The notes: generated from the letters alone by a model not told the origin. Positions 43,365 through 53,483 are shown, numbered from the stretch's first letter. The stretch: DNA of 64,000 bases from an uncultured Actinomycetes bacterium (GCA_963823255.1 CAWGKU010000002.1:52907-116906), one strand, 5' to 3'. Numbers and translations: made by a program.

Positions 43365-44198
43365 GTGCGCCGCGGGCTCGCTCCGAGCCCCGCGCCGGGA
43401 GGGCCAGTGGTCGAGCCAACGGGCGAAAAGGAGTTCGACGAGGAGCTCGCGTTCGCGCACGAGCTGGCCGACCTCGCCGGGGAGATCGGTCTGGGGTTCT
43501 TCCGGGGGAGGTTCGAGGTGACGATCAAGCCGGACCGGACACCGGTGACCGAGGCCGACCTGTCGATCGAGGCCGCGATCCGGGAGGCCGTCAAGGAGCG
43601 CTTCCCCGGCGACAGCGTCCTGGGCGAGGAGGGCGGCCTGCAGGGCGAGGGCCGACGACGGTGGATCGTCGATCCGATCGACGGGACGAAGAACTTCGCC
43701 GACGGCGTCCAGATCTGGTCGAACCTGATCGCGCTCGCCGTGGACGAGGAGCCGGTGGTGGGCGTCGTGAACTTCCCGGCGCTCGGCGAGCGCTACGACG
43801 CCTCCCGCGGCGGTGGCGCGCGCATGAACGGCATCCCGATCCACGTCTCCCGCGCCGACCGCGTGCCCCGGTCCTTCGTCGTGTTCGCGGGCATGGGCGA
43901 CTGGGTCTCGGGCCCCTACGCCCGCGGGGTACAGCAGCTGGTCTCGGACGCGCGGCGCGACCGCGGGTTCGGCGACGCGTGGGGCCACTGCCTCGTGGCG
44001 CGGGGCTCGGCCGACGTCATGCTCGAGCTCGAGCTGTCGACGTGGGACTTCGCCGCCCTGCAGGTGATCGTGCAGGAGGCGGGCGGCAGGATCACCCAGT
44101 TCGACGGCGCTCCCCTGGTGCACGGGGGGACCGTGCTGACCACCAACGGCTCGCTGCATCAGGAGATCGTCGCGAGGCTGAAGCCGAAGGCGGACTAG
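43365..44198 (+). CDS. Inositol monophosphatase family protein (HisN/SuhB-like)
   Basis: WIVDPIDGTKNF motif. RBS aaaggag upstream of the GTG. Confidence 0.75.
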   Translation: MRRGLAPSPAPGGPVVEPTGEKEFDEELAFAHELADLAGEIGLGFFRGRFEVTIKPDRTPVTEADLSIEAAIREAVKERFPGDSVLGEEGGLQGEGRRRWIVDPIDGTKNFADGVQIWSNLIALAVDEEPVVGVVNFPALGERYDASRGGGARMNGIPIHVSRADRVPRSFVVFAGMGDWVSGPYARGVQQLVSDARRDRGFGDAWGHCLVARGSADVMLELELSTWDFAALQVIVQEAGGRITQFDGAPLVHGGTVLTTNGSLHQEIVARLKPKAD

Positions 44199-44848
44199 TG
44201 CCCACGGAGCCGAGGACCCGCGGACCCCGAGCCGTCGCCAAGCGCGACCTGATCGCCGAGACCGCTTTGCATGCGTTCGCTGAACGCGGCTACCAGGGGA
44301 CGAAGGTCGAGGACGTCGCCGCCGAGCTCGCGATCTCCAAGGGCTCGGTCTTCCAGCACTTCGGGAGCAAGGCGGGTCTGTTCCTCGCGGCGTTCCGCAA
44401 GGCGGTCGAGTCGCTGCCCGCGTGGCTGGACGCGCCCGACGAAGTGAAGGCCGAGGGCTTCTGGGCGGTCCTCGTGTACTGGCTCGAGCGGACCGAACAC
44501 CTGGTTCAGGAGGACTGGGCCCCGTACCGGGTGACGCTGATCGGGACCTACGGCACCGACCTGACGCTCCGCACCGAGATCAACCGCTACATGGTCAGCG
44601 AGGACCCGTACGGGACGCTCGAGTTCGTGGAGTTCGGCGTCGAACGCGGCGACCTGCGCGCCGATCTGGACGTCGAGATGGCCGCCTCGATGCTCGACTG
44701 GATGGCCGGTGGGTTCCAGGACGCGCTCGTGAGCAAGGACCTGGACCCGGGCCTGCTGCATCGTCACCCCGACCCCGAGAAGCAGCGGGCGCTGCGCATC
44801 GAGCAGTTCGTCGACCTGCTGCGGCGGTCGCTCGGGTCGTCGCCCTGA
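44199..44848 (+). CDS. TetR family transcriptional regulator
   Basis: HTH segment ETALHAFAERGYQGTKVEDVAAELAISKGSVFQHF. Confidence 0.8.
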
Positions 44849-44863
44849 CGGACGCGAGGTCGT

Positions 44864-45328
44864 TCACGCTGTCGGCTGACGCCGCATCGCCGAGCGGGCG
44901 TCGGCGACGGTGACCTCCTTCTTACGGTAGTTGCGCAGCGCGAACCGGTCGCACGTGGTCTCGGCCGACATCCCGCGACCGTGGTGCCGGTGCAGGTACC
45001 AGTGCATCCACTCGTGCAGGTAGAGGAAGCGCAGCACCTCGCGCGGCGTTCGGAACGTCACGCCCTCGGTGAGCCAGATGAACCGGATCGAGCGTCCGGG
45101 CCGCCGCTTGGCGCCGAACGCGACCACCTCGCCGAACGGCAGGAAGGGTTCGGGGAGTTGCAGCGTGATCCGCCGGGTATCGAACTCGGTCTGCGCGGCC
45201 AGGTGCGGCTTCTCGCGGTACCGGAGCGGCTTGACCAGGACCTCGAACCCGTCGGTCTCGGGCAGGCCGGCCAGCATCCGGCCGATGCGGGCGTCGGAGA
45301 GTTCGGCGACCTTCGAGGTGAGGAGCAC
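44864..45328 (-). CDS. Hypothetical protein with an HExxH motif (HEWMH)
   Basis: 154 aa. Putative zinc-metallopeptidase-like motif. Confidence 0.45.
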   Translation of the reverse strand: MLLTSKVAELSDARIGRMLAGLPETDGFEVLVKPLRYREKPHLAAQTEFDTRRITLQLPEPFLPFGEVVAFGAKRRPGRSIRFIWLTEGVTFRTPREVLRFLYLHEWMHWYLHRHHGRGMSAETTCDRFALRNYRKKEVTVADARSAMRRQPTA

Positions 45329-45386
45329 GGGTACAGGCTAGCCGTGGTCCCGGGTCCGGTCGGGCCTCGTTGGCCGTTTGACGCGA

Positions 45387-46562
45387 TCAACGCGACAGCC
45401 ACTCCCCCTGCGACGTCCCGGCGACGACGAGGCGGGCGTCGGACCCGTCCACGCCGATGCTCCACAGCGACTGCTCGCCCTTGGCTCCGTCCTCGTGCTT
45501 CGAGAAGAGGATGCGGTCGCCCCGCGGCGAGAACCCGATGACCCCGAGTGACGCTCCGCGCTCCCCTTCGATCAGCGATGTCACCGCTCCTGTCGCCACA
45601 TCGACGACGCGTAACTCGGCGGACCAGAATGCGCGGCCGCGGCCCGTGGTGAACGCGATCCGATCGCCGGTCGGAGACCAGGTGGGGTTCAGGCTCCAGC
45701 CCCTGAACACCGTCCGGGGTTCGGAGCCGTCGGCCCGCGCGATCGTTACATACTGCATGCTCTGCACAGTCGATCCGAGCTTGGAGAGCACGACGTGCGA
45801 TCCGTCGGGCGAGTATAGCATCCGGCTGGCAACGCGCGTGCGGGCGGCGGGCCGCCGTCGAGCGGCAATCACCACGCGCGTCAACCATCACCGCGGTGCC
45901 GTCCGGCGTCCACTCCGGATCGTGATCGCCGGACGGGCTCCATCCGGAGGCACGTGAGCTGCGCCTGCCGAGTGCCGTCGACCCCGTAGATCGCCGATCG
46001 TCTCACCGAAGCTGTCCCACACCGCGACGCGTGTGGAGTCCGGCGACCACCCGATGTCCCATCCCGTCCCGGTGGGGAATCGTCGCGAGCACGTTGCCCT
46101 CCGCGTCGCTGATCACGACGCTCAGCGGGTAGTCCGGGCTGGAGCAGTCCGAGGCGCGATAGGCGAGGTACCGCCCGTCCGGCGACCACATCGACCCCTC
46201 CGCCCAGTACGACTCGCCGGCATGGGCGCCGTCGCAGTGTCGCCGAGGCCGTCCGCGATCTTGACCGCGTTCGACCCGTCCTGATCGGCGACGTAGACGT
46301 CGCCGTCCAGGATGTACGCGAGGGAGCCCGCCGCCGCCGGCGCCGGCCGGGGCTCGGGCGGGCTCGCCGGGATGGGATCCGATGTCAGCGAGCGGACGAG
46401 GAAGATCCCCGCCGCGAGCGCCACGATGACGCCGACGGCGCCCGCGCGGATCCGCTGGTTGCGTTGCTTGCGCTCGCGTCGGCCGAGCAGCCGCTCGAAG
46501 TCGCCCTGCTCGAGGTCGACGCTCCGGCTCTCGCGCTCGAGGGCATCCGCGATCCTAGGCAT
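45387..46562 (-). CDS. Membrane-anchored TolB-like beta-propeller protein (candidate anti-sigma partner), fragmented by several frameshifts
   Basis: N-terminal TM (ORF 46122..46562), then PD40/TolB-like repeats spread over ORFs 46003..46191 and 45387..45884 (WSPDGRYLAY, SPDGSHVV, SPTGDRIAF, SPRGDRILF). Confidence 0.5.
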
Positions 46563-47151
46563 CGTCGACCTCCATCACCTTGCGGAACGCGTCGCGCCCG
46601 TGGCGCGTCAACGAGCGGATCGTCGCGTCGGTGACGCCGAGCGCATCTCCCGCTTCTTTGGACGTGAACCCGAGCATCTCGGTCAGCACGAGCGCCGCTC
46701 GTTGCCGCGGCGGGAGCGACGCGAGGACGTGCCGGACGACCTGCCGGTCGTCGGCGTCGGAGAAGTCGTCGTTCGAGGGCGCGAGCCCAACGGTTCGGCG
46801 GACGGAGAGCGTGGCCCGTCGGTACCGCTTGCGGAACAGGTTCATCGCGGTTCGGTAGAGGTACCCGAGGGGGTCGTCCATCCCACCGACGCGATCCCAT
46901 CGCTCCCACACGCGGAGGAACGCGTCCTGCATCAGCTCCTCCGCCTCGGCGCGGTTCCCGGTCACGAGCCACAGCCGCCGGAACAGTGTCCGAGCCTCGG
47001 CCTGGTAGAAGGTCTCGAAGGTGCGGGAGGCCTCGAGCTCGTCGAGGGTCGCGTCCGAAGCGAGGATCCGTTCGCTCACGTCGGTGAATGAACCCTCGAA
47101 ACGCCCCGAGCGTGCAAGTGGGCGTGGGGCGGGACGAACCCGCCACCCCAT
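46555..47151 (-). CDS. ECF (sigma-70 family) RNA polymerase sigma factor
   Basis: Region 2 motif LMQDAFLRVWERW and region 4 motif LPPRQRAALVLTEMLGFTSKEAGDALGVTDATI. Confidence 0.8.
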   Translation of the reverse strand: MGWRVRPAPRPLARSGRFEGSFTDVSERILASDATLDELEASRTFETFYQAEARTLFRRLWLVTGNRAEAEELMQDAFLRVWERWDRVGGMDDPLGYLYRTAMNLFRKRYRRATLSVRRTVGLAPSNDDFSDADDRQVVRHVLASLPPRQRAALVLTEMLGFTSKEAGDALGVTDATIRSLTRHGRDAFRKVMEVDDA

Positions 47152-47152
47152 A

Positions 47153-48511
47153 TCAGTCGACGGCCCGGTACACGCGCCACCGGTCCGGGACGCCCTTCAG
47201 CTCGTGCTCGCCGGCGTCCTCGAAAGCGATCCCCGAGCCTGCCGTGAGATCTCGCACCGTCTGCGAACTGAGCACCTCCGACGCCTCGGCGAGCCCGCCG
47301 ATCCTCGCCCCGATCACGACCGCCAGCCCGCCAGCTTTGCCATCGATCGTCTCGACCTCGCCGGTGTGCACACCGGCGCGGACCTCGATCCCGAGCGTGC
47401 CCACCGACCGGACGATCGCCTGCGCGCAGCGGACCGCGCGGCCGGGCCCGTCGAACGTCGCGAAGAAGCCATCGCCGGCCGTGTCGACCTCGTGGCCGCG
47501 GTAGCGTGCGAGCAGCGCCCTGACCCTCGCGTGATGCTGCTCGACGAGCTGCTTCCACGCTTGGTCGCCGAGCGCCGCCGCGCGCTCAGACGAGCCGACG
47601 ATGTCGGTGAACAGGACGGTGGCGAGCACCCGATCGAACGCCGCGTGCTCTTCCTCGATCGATTGGGCGAATCCCCGGATCGCCTCCGCGACCTCCCCGA
47701 CGTCGCCGAGGTACACGTCGTCTCCGTCGCCCTGCACGGGGACGAGTTGCGCGCCGGGGATCTGGTCCGCGGTCCACCTCGCCTCCTGCACGTAGGCGTC
47801 GATCCATCCCGTCCGCATCACCACGGCGGCCGGCACCTGGATCAGTGGGAGCACGCTCCGCGCGTCGGTCGTGAACCACACTCGGCTGAACCGCGCCTGG
47901 TCGCCGGGTGAAGCAGCGTAGCGCTGGAGCCGGGTCAGCCATCGCACGAAGGCCGGATCCGTGGCCAGGCGCTCGCCGATGCCCGGGAACGTCATCCGGG
48001 CCGCCTCCTCGCCCACCGACTCGTCGCCCCAGATCACCATCCGTCGACGAAGCCGCTCCTCGAATCGGTCCTCGGACATACCCCACGGGTAATCCGGAGC
48101 GCTGGCCGTTCGGACACCGCCGCGCCAGAGCACCAGGCCGAGGGTCCGCCCCGGGTACGTGGCGGCGAACAAGGCTGCCAGGGCTCCCCCGTCGTTGTTC
48201 CCGACCACGAGGGTCCGTTCGGATCCGACCGCGTCGAGGACCGCCCGGAGGTCGTCGAGCCGCGCCTCGATCGTCGGGATCACCGACAGCCGGTCCGACA
48301 GGCCGACGCCCCGCTTGTCGAACAGGATCACCCGCGCCCATGAGCTCAAGCCTTCGACGAAGCGCTCGAACGCCGGCAACTCCCAGAACACCTCGAGGTG
48401 CGAAACGAACGCGTGCACGAACACGAGATCGATCGGGCCATCGCCGACGACCTGGTAGGCGATCGAGACGCCGTCGTCGGTGGTCGCGTACCTGGTCATG
48501 GGCCGGTCCAT
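47153..48511 (-). CDS. Alpha/beta-hydrolase domain fused to a class III adenylate/guanylate cyclase
   Basis: Hydrolase-like N-terminus followed by a cyclase core (FTDIVGSSERAAALGD...DTAGDGFFATFDGPGRAVRCAQAIV...GVHTGEVE). Confidence 0.8.
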   Translation of the reverse strand: MDRPMTRYATTDDGVSIAYQVVGDGPIDLVFVHAFVSHLEVFWELPAFERFVEGLSSWARVILFDKRGVGLSDRLSVIPTIEARLDDLRAVLDAVGSERTLVVGNNDGGALAALFAATYPGRTLGLVLWRGGVRTASAPDYPWGMSEDRFEERLRRRMVIWGDESVGEEAARMTFPGIGERLATDPAFVRWLTRLQRYAASPGDQARFSRVWFTTDARSVLPLIQVPAAVVMRTGWIDAYVQEARWTADQIPGAQLVPVQGDGDDVYLGDVGEVAEAIRGFAQSIEEEHAAFDRVLATVLFTDIVGSSERAAALGDQAWKQLVEQHHARVRALLARYRGHEVDTAGDGFFATFDGPGRAVRCAQAIVRSVGTLGIEVRAGVHTGEVETIDGKAGGLAVVIGARIGGLAEASEVLSSQTVRDLTAGSGIAFEDAGEHELKGVPDRWRVYRAVD

Positions 48512-48602
48512 GTGCGCATCCTCGCCGCGGCCGACGCGCTCGACAAGCTGTGTCGTTAGCCCGGGAGCTGCCGCGGACGTCGCGCAGGCATGCCTGCCCG
48601 CG

Positions 48603-48676
48603 TCGTAACCGTCGGGGCGGGCGGACTCGAACCGCCGGCCTCCTGCTCCCAAAGCAGGCGCGCTACCAGGCTGCGC
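48603..48676 (-). tRNA. tRNA-Pro (anticodon TGG)
   Basis: Hand-folded: acceptor cggggcg/cgccccg, anticodon loop ttTGGga, T-loop ttcgagt. Confidence 0.8.
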
Positions 48677-48827
48677 TACGCCCCGTGGGATGGATGCTAG
48701 CGCGCTAGCCCGACGGAAGCGCTTCAGGCGGACGTGCTCGTACAGGTAGACGACACACTGCCGCCGCGACCGAGCAGCCGTTCGATCCGGAGTCCCCGAT
48801 ACTGGGTGCCGATCCTCGGGTCCGAGC

Positions 48828-49967
48828 TCACGAGCCGAGCTTCGTCCCGCAGTTCGTACAGAACTGGCTGTCGGCCGAGTTCGAGCTCCCGCAGTTCGAG
48901 CACGTGAGCTCGTCGTCGGCCTTCGGCGGCGGGACCGGCGGCAAGATCACGCGCCCCGGCGGGGGTGGAGGAGCCGGAGGAATCGGCGCGGTCGGGGCCG
49001 GACTCGGAGCCCCGGGGTCACCGGCGCCGGGCCTACCGGGCGCGGGACTGGGACCGTCGCCTGCGCCCGGGCCGCTTGGAGCCGGGCTCGGACCACTGGG
49101 ACCGCCTCCGGCGCCCGCCGAGGGGCCGCCCCCTGCGTGACCGGCGGCGGCGTGATCGCCGGCGTGCGAAGCGTGCTCGATGACCTCGGTCGGTTCGCCT
49201 CCGGGACCGCCGGGCGCTCCGCTCCCCCCGTGACCCGCTCCGATCCGGGCGACCCGCCGAGCCCCGCGCGTCCCGGCCCGGCGCGCCAAGGACGCGCCGA
49301 CAGCGCCGGCCGTCCCGACGACCACCGGGATCCCCGCGGCGCTCGCCGGCGAGAGTGGGAGCGTGCAGAACTGCTGCAAAAGGACCGCGGCGCCCAGGCC
49401 TGCCGTCGCGCCCCCGGCGAACCCCTGCAGCGAAGACCTCGCCGCGCCGAGCCCACGAGCCCGCGTGAACGACAGCACGAGCAGGATCCCCCCACCGACC
49501 CCGATCGCCGTCGCGCCGGCCCCGGCGGCCGTCGTGAAGGGGCTCCGTCCCTCGATGCACACGTAAGCGACCCCGCTGCAGTCCTGACCGGTCGTCTGCA
49601 CCTCGGCCGTCACCTCGAACAGCCCGACCGTCGCGTTGGAGATCGACTCGAGGTCGACGGTCCCCGACCAGCTCAGGCCGTCCTGTGCGATCGTGACCGT
49701 GCCGACCTGCACACCACCGCCCGCGATGTGCACCGTGTAGTTAAGGTCGGTGACCCGCGACTGCGCCGTCCCGTCGACCGAGACCTGCGAGCCCGACTGC
49801 AAGGGAACGGCGCTCCCCGGTACGCCGTGCCCGTTCGTGACGTCCGCGCCGTCGATCGACACCGTGCACGGGCCGGTGACCGTGGCGAGGGCTTGCGAGG
49901 GAAGCATCGAGATCCACGCGACGGCGAGGGTCGCGGACAGGCCGAAGAGCGCGAACGCGCGCCTCAT
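48828..49967 (-). CDS. Bitopic/polytopic membrane protein with extracytoplasmic domain, Pro/Gly-rich linker and C-terminal double zinc-ribbon
   Basis: Signal peptide, two TM helices, a PAPxP-rich stretch, and CSNCGSSNSADSQFCTNCGTKL at the C-terminus. Confidence 0.55.
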   Translation of the reverse strand: MRRAFALFGLSATLAVAWISMLPSQALATVTGPCTVSIDGADVTNGHGVPGSAVPLQSGSQVSVDGTAQSRVTDLNYTVHIAGGGVQVGTVTIAQDGLSWSGTVDLESISNATVGLFEVTAEVQTTGQDCSGVAYVCIEGRSPFTTAAGAGATAIGVGGGILLVLSFTRARGLGAARSSLQGFAGGATAGLGAAVLLQQFCTLPLSPASAAGIPVVVGTAGAVGASLARRAGTRGARRVARIGAGHGGSGAPGGPGGEPTEVIEHASHAGDHAAAGHAGGGPSAGAGGGPSGPSPAPSGPGAGDGPSPAPGRPGAGDPGAPSPAPTAPIPPAPPPPPGRVILPPVPPPKADDELTCSNCGSSNSADSQFCTNCGTKLGS

Positions 49968-50100
49968 GACCGGGCAACGCTAGGTCGCGCCCCGGGCAAT
50001 CGCAAGCGCCTCGCGTGTTCGGACACCGGCTGCGCGTAGGTACGCGGCGATCGGACCCAGCCACGCCGTCCCCTCGCCCCGGTGATACAAAGGGGACCCG

Positions 50101-50772
50101 ATGCGCACCCTCCCTCGCTCACCCATCGGCCTGAAGGACGCCGCGGTCGACCTGCGCGGCGTGACGAGACTGTTCGGCGCGGCGCCGGCGCTCGTGCGCG
50201 TGGATCTCGCGATCGAGCGGGGCGAGGCCGTGGTCCTGCGTGGACCCAACGGCGCCGGCAAGAGCACCCTGCTCCGGATCGTGGCCACGGCGCTGTCGCC
50301 GACCTACGGCGGGGGCTCGGTGCTCGGGTTCGACCTCGCCGAGGATCGCGAGCAGATCCGCCGACGCTCCGAGCTGCTCACCCACCGCACCCGTCTGTAC
50401 GAGGAGCTCACCGCCCGGGAGAACCTCGAGCTGATCGCCGACCTGCTCGGCATCGCCCACGACCGCGTGCAGGAGGCGCTCGAACGGGTCGCGATCGCCG
50501 ACGTCGCCGACGAACGCGTCCGAACGTTCTCCGCCGGGATGCGGCAGAAGGTCGCGGTCGCGCGCGCGATCGTCCGCGACCCCGAGCTCCTGCTGCTCGA
50601 CGAACCCACCACGGGTCTGGACGCCGCGGCCCGGGGCGCGGTCGACGAGATGATGCTGCACGCGTCCCGCGAGGGACGGACGCTCGTGATCGCGACGCAT
50701 CACGACGTGACGCCCGGACTCGCCGCTCGCGTCGTCACGCTGCGCGACGGCTCGGTCGAGGCGGGCTCATGA
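50101..50772 (+). CDS. ccmA: Heme exporter ATP-binding protein CcmA
   Basis: Walker A GPNGAGKST, LSAGMRQKVAVARA, and LLLDEPT motifs. Confidence 0.8.
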   Translation: MRTLPRSPIGLKDAAVDLRGVTRLFGAAPALVRVDLAIERGEAVVLRGPNGAGKSTLLRIVATALSPTYGGGSVLGFDLAEDREQIRRRSELLTHRTRLYEELTARENLELIADLLGIAHDRVQEALERVAIADVADERVRTFSAGMRQKVAVARAIVRDPELLLLDEPTTGLDAAARGAVDEMMLHASREGRTLVIATHHDVTPGLAARVVTLRDGSVEAGS

Positions 50773-51440
50773 CGTTCGCGCGTCAGGCGACGGTGATCGC
50801 CCGCAAGGACCTCCTGATCGAGGTGCGCGGGCGACACGCGCTCGGGACGCTGGTGCCGTTCGCCGCCACGGTCCTCGTGGCGTTCGGGTTCGCGTTCGGC
50901 CCCGGCCGTGAGGTGCTCGAACGCGTCGCGCCGGGCCTGCTGTGGATGGCGGTGCTCTTCTCGGCGGTGATGGCGTCGCGACGCGCGTACCAGACCGAGT
51001 CCGAGGACGGGGCGCTCGAGGGGTTGCTGCTCGCGCCGATCGACAAGGCTGCGGTGTTCCTGGGGAAAGCGGTCGCCGTGACGGTCGAGCTGCTCGCGCT
51101 CGTGATCGTCGTGCTCCTGCTCGTGATGGTCCTGTTCGACCTGTCCGTCGCGGACCCGTTCCTGGTCCTGGCCGCGTTCGTGTTAGGCGCGATCGGGCTG
51201 GCGGCGGTGGGGAGCCTGTTCGGCGTCGTGGCCGAGTCCGCGCGGACGCGCGAGGCGATCTTCCCGATGCTCGTGCTCCCGCTCGTCGCGCCGGTGCTGA
51301 TCGCGGGGGTGCGCGCGACCGATCTCGCGGCGGCGGGTCGGTCGGGCGAGGTGTGGTCGTGGCTCGGACTGCTGGCCGCGTTCGACGTCGTCTTCCTGTC
51401 GGTCGGCGTCCTGGTGTTCGGCTACCTGTTGGAGGACTGA
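50769..51440 (+). CDS. ccmB: Heme exporter protein CcmB
   Basis: 223-aa 6-TM CcmB-like protein. Its ATG overlaps the ccmA stop. Confidence 0.8.
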   Translation: MTFARQATVIARKDLLIEVRGRHALGTLVPFAATVLVAFGFAFGPGREVLERVAPGLLWMAVLFSAVMASRRAYQTESEDGALEGLLLAPIDKAAVFLGKAVAVTVELLALVIVVLLLVMVLFDLSVADPFLVLAAFVLGAIGLAAVGSLFGVVAESARTREAIFPMLVLPLVAPVLIAGVRATDLAAAGRSGEVWSWLGLLAAFDVVFLSVGVLVFGYLLED

Positions 51441-52168
51441 TGGCGGCGACGGCGGAACGCGCGCTCGGCAAGGCGACGTCGCGCAGCGGCGAACATCTGC
51501 TCGGCATCGCGGCGCTCGTCGCGCTGGGGGTCTCGGCCGTGCTGTCCCTCGTCGTCGCGCCGCCGGACGCCGTGCAGGGCGAGGTCCAACGGATCATGTA
51601 CGTCCACGTCCCGTCTGCCTGGCTCGCGTACCTCTGCTTCTTCGTCGTGTTCATCGCGAGCATCGCGTACCTGAAGACGAAGAAGACACGGTGGGACCGG
51701 GTCGCGGCGGCCTCGGCCGAGATCGGCGTCCTGTTCACCTCGCTCGCGATCGTGCTGGGGATGCTGTGGGGCAAGCCCGTCTGGGGCACCTGGTGGACGT
51801 GGGACCCTCGGCTCACCACCACCGCCGTGCTGCTCATGATCTACGTCGCGTACCTCGCGATCCGCCGGACCACGGACAACCCGTCGCGGCGGGCACGCTG
51901 GGCGGCGGTGATCGGGATCGTCGGGTTCATCGACGTGCCGATCGTGCACCTGTCGGTCGTCTGGTGGCGTTCGCTGCACCAGGGGCCGACGGTGTTCCGT
52001 CTCGGCGCCGCCCGAGATCGAGGGGACGATGCTCCTCGCACTGCTCCCGGGGTCGTGGCGTTCACGATCACCTACGCCTACCTGATGACGCTCCGCCTCC
52101 GGGTGGGACGCCTGGAGGAGCGAGCCGCGCGCGAGGCGCTCTCGCCGCTCGTCGGGGCCGAACGCTGA
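51440..52168 (+). CDS. ccmC: Heme exporter protein CcmC
   Basis: WWD motif WGTWWTWDPRLT. Confidence 0.85.
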   Translation: MAATAERALGKATSRSGEHLLGIAALVALGVSAVLSLVVAPPDAVQGEVQRIMYVHVPSAWLAYLCFFVVFIASIAYLKTKKTRWDRVAAASAEIGVLFTSLAIVLGMLWGKPVWGTWWTWDPRLTTTAVLLMIYVAYLAIRRTTDNPSRRARWAAVIGIVGFIDVPIVHLSVVWWRSLHQGPTVFRLGAARDRGDDAPRTAPGVVAFTITYAYLMTLRLRVGRLEERAAREALSPLVGAER

Positions 52169-52311
52169 TGGCGCCGAATGCGGGCTACGTGATCGCGGGG
52201 TACCTGATCACCGCGCTCGCGCTCGGCGGGTACACGCTTCGGCTATTCGCGCGAGCCAGGGAAGCGAAGCGCCGGGCCCAGACGATCGCCGATCGCCGGC
52301 GCGACGGCTGA
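52168..52311 (+). CDS. ccmD: Heme exporter protein CcmD-like small membrane protein
   Basis: 47 aa with a single TM helix (YVIAGYLITALALGGY). Its ATG overlaps the ccmC stop. Confidence 0.5.
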   Translation: MAPNAGYVIAGYLITALALGGYTLRLFARAREAKRRAQTIADRRRDG

Positions 52312-52324
52312 ACCGGCCTAGACC

Positions 52325-52448
52325 TGCGGCACCCGCTTCGAGGTGACGCTCGGTAGTAGGCGGCGTTCGGGTCGTCGGACAGGATCGTGATCCGGCCGTC
52401 CGGATCGCGTTTGCGGATGTACTGGGCCGTGGTCGTTCCGGCGGCGCC
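52325..52448 (-). pseudogene. N-terminal ~40-codon remnant of an FAD-dependent pyridine nucleotide-disulfide oxidoreductase
   Basis: VTEYVVIGDGAAGTTTAQYIRKRDPDGRITILSDDPNAAYYR (Rossmann GxGxxG), then the frame degenerates. Confidence 0.4.
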
Positions 52449-52586
52449 GTCACCGATGACGACGTACTCGGTCACTGCCGGCTGCTCCGCTCGGCCGCGG
52501 ACGACCGAGTTTCGCCCTCGCCCCCCGTCCGAGCAAGTCGGGCGCTCCGGCGACACGGCCGAGGCGCCCTTCGGTCGGTTCCGGGA

Positions 52587-53483
52587 TCAGGTCCCCGCGA
52601 TCGAGGCCCGGGCCTCCGCGATGAGGTCTTTCGCCGTCTCGCGTTCGGTGCCGAAGGGCGCGGCCTCCAGATAGGTCTCGAACGCCGAGATCGCGTCCTC
52701 CGGCCGATCGAGCCCGCGCAACAGGATCACGCCCCGGAAGAACAGCGCCTCCGGGTAGCGCGGATCGGTCGAGAGCGCTCGGTCGACCGAGCGGAGCGCC
52801 TCCTCCGCGCGCCCGTTCTGATACAGGATGATCCCGACGTGCGCGAGCGCCTCGGCGTCGTCCGGGTCGAGCTCGAGCGCCACCGCATACTCCGACAGCG
52901 ACCGCTCGACCATCCCGGCGTCCAGGTAGCGATGCGCCAGATCCAACCGAGCCGCCAGGTCGTCCGGGTGATCCTTCACGCGCCGTTCGAAGAACGCCAG
53001 CGGGTCGTCGGACGCCTGCGGCGTCGACGCCTGGAGCTGGGGTTCGGCATCGCGCGCGAGCGACGCGATCACCACCGCGAGGACGGTCCCGCCGATCAGC
53101 ACCGCGACGGCCCACGGCGGGACGCGGCGGGGTTCGGTCGTGTTCGTTCGGACGGTCGGGGTCGGGGCGTCGTCGAGCGCGACCGCCGTGGCCACACTCC
53201 CCGCCGGCGCGGCGTCGCGACGGTCCAGCGCGCGGAGCACGCGCGCCATGCGGCCCTCGGTCTGTTCGCGGAGCCGGACGTAGTCGGGTTCGTCGAGCGC
53301 ACCCGACGCGTGCGCCTCCTCGAGGTCGGCGAGCGATCGCAGAAGCGCCTCGCGACGGTCGTCGAGCGGGTCGGCGAGCGGCTCGACCGGCGCGGGCGCT
53401 TCGCGGAGGTAGCCGGCGATCACGCCGACGCCCGCGACGAGCGCGAGCCCCGCGACCGCGAACGAGATCGCGATCGGGTTCAC
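52587..53483 (-). CDS. ccmI: Cytochrome c-type biogenesis protein CcmI/CycH-like (TM + TPR repeats)
   Basis: N-terminal TM and a TPR-like C-terminus. Its GTG overlaps the ccmH stop (GTGA). Confidence 0.55.
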   Translation of the reverse strand: MNPIAISFAVAGLALVAGVGVIAGYLREAPAPVEPLADPLDDRREALLRSLADLEEAHASGALDEPDYVRLREQTEGRMARVLRALDRRDAAPAGSVATAVALDDAPTPTVRTNTTEPRRVPPWAVAVLIGGTVLAVVIASLARDAEPQLQASTPQASDDPLAFFERRVKDHPDDLAARLDLAHRYLDAGMVERSLSEYAVALELDPDDAEALAHVGIILYQNGRAEEALRSVDRALSTDPRYPEALFFRGVILLRGLDRPEDAISAFETYLEAAPFGTERETAKDLIAEARASIAGT

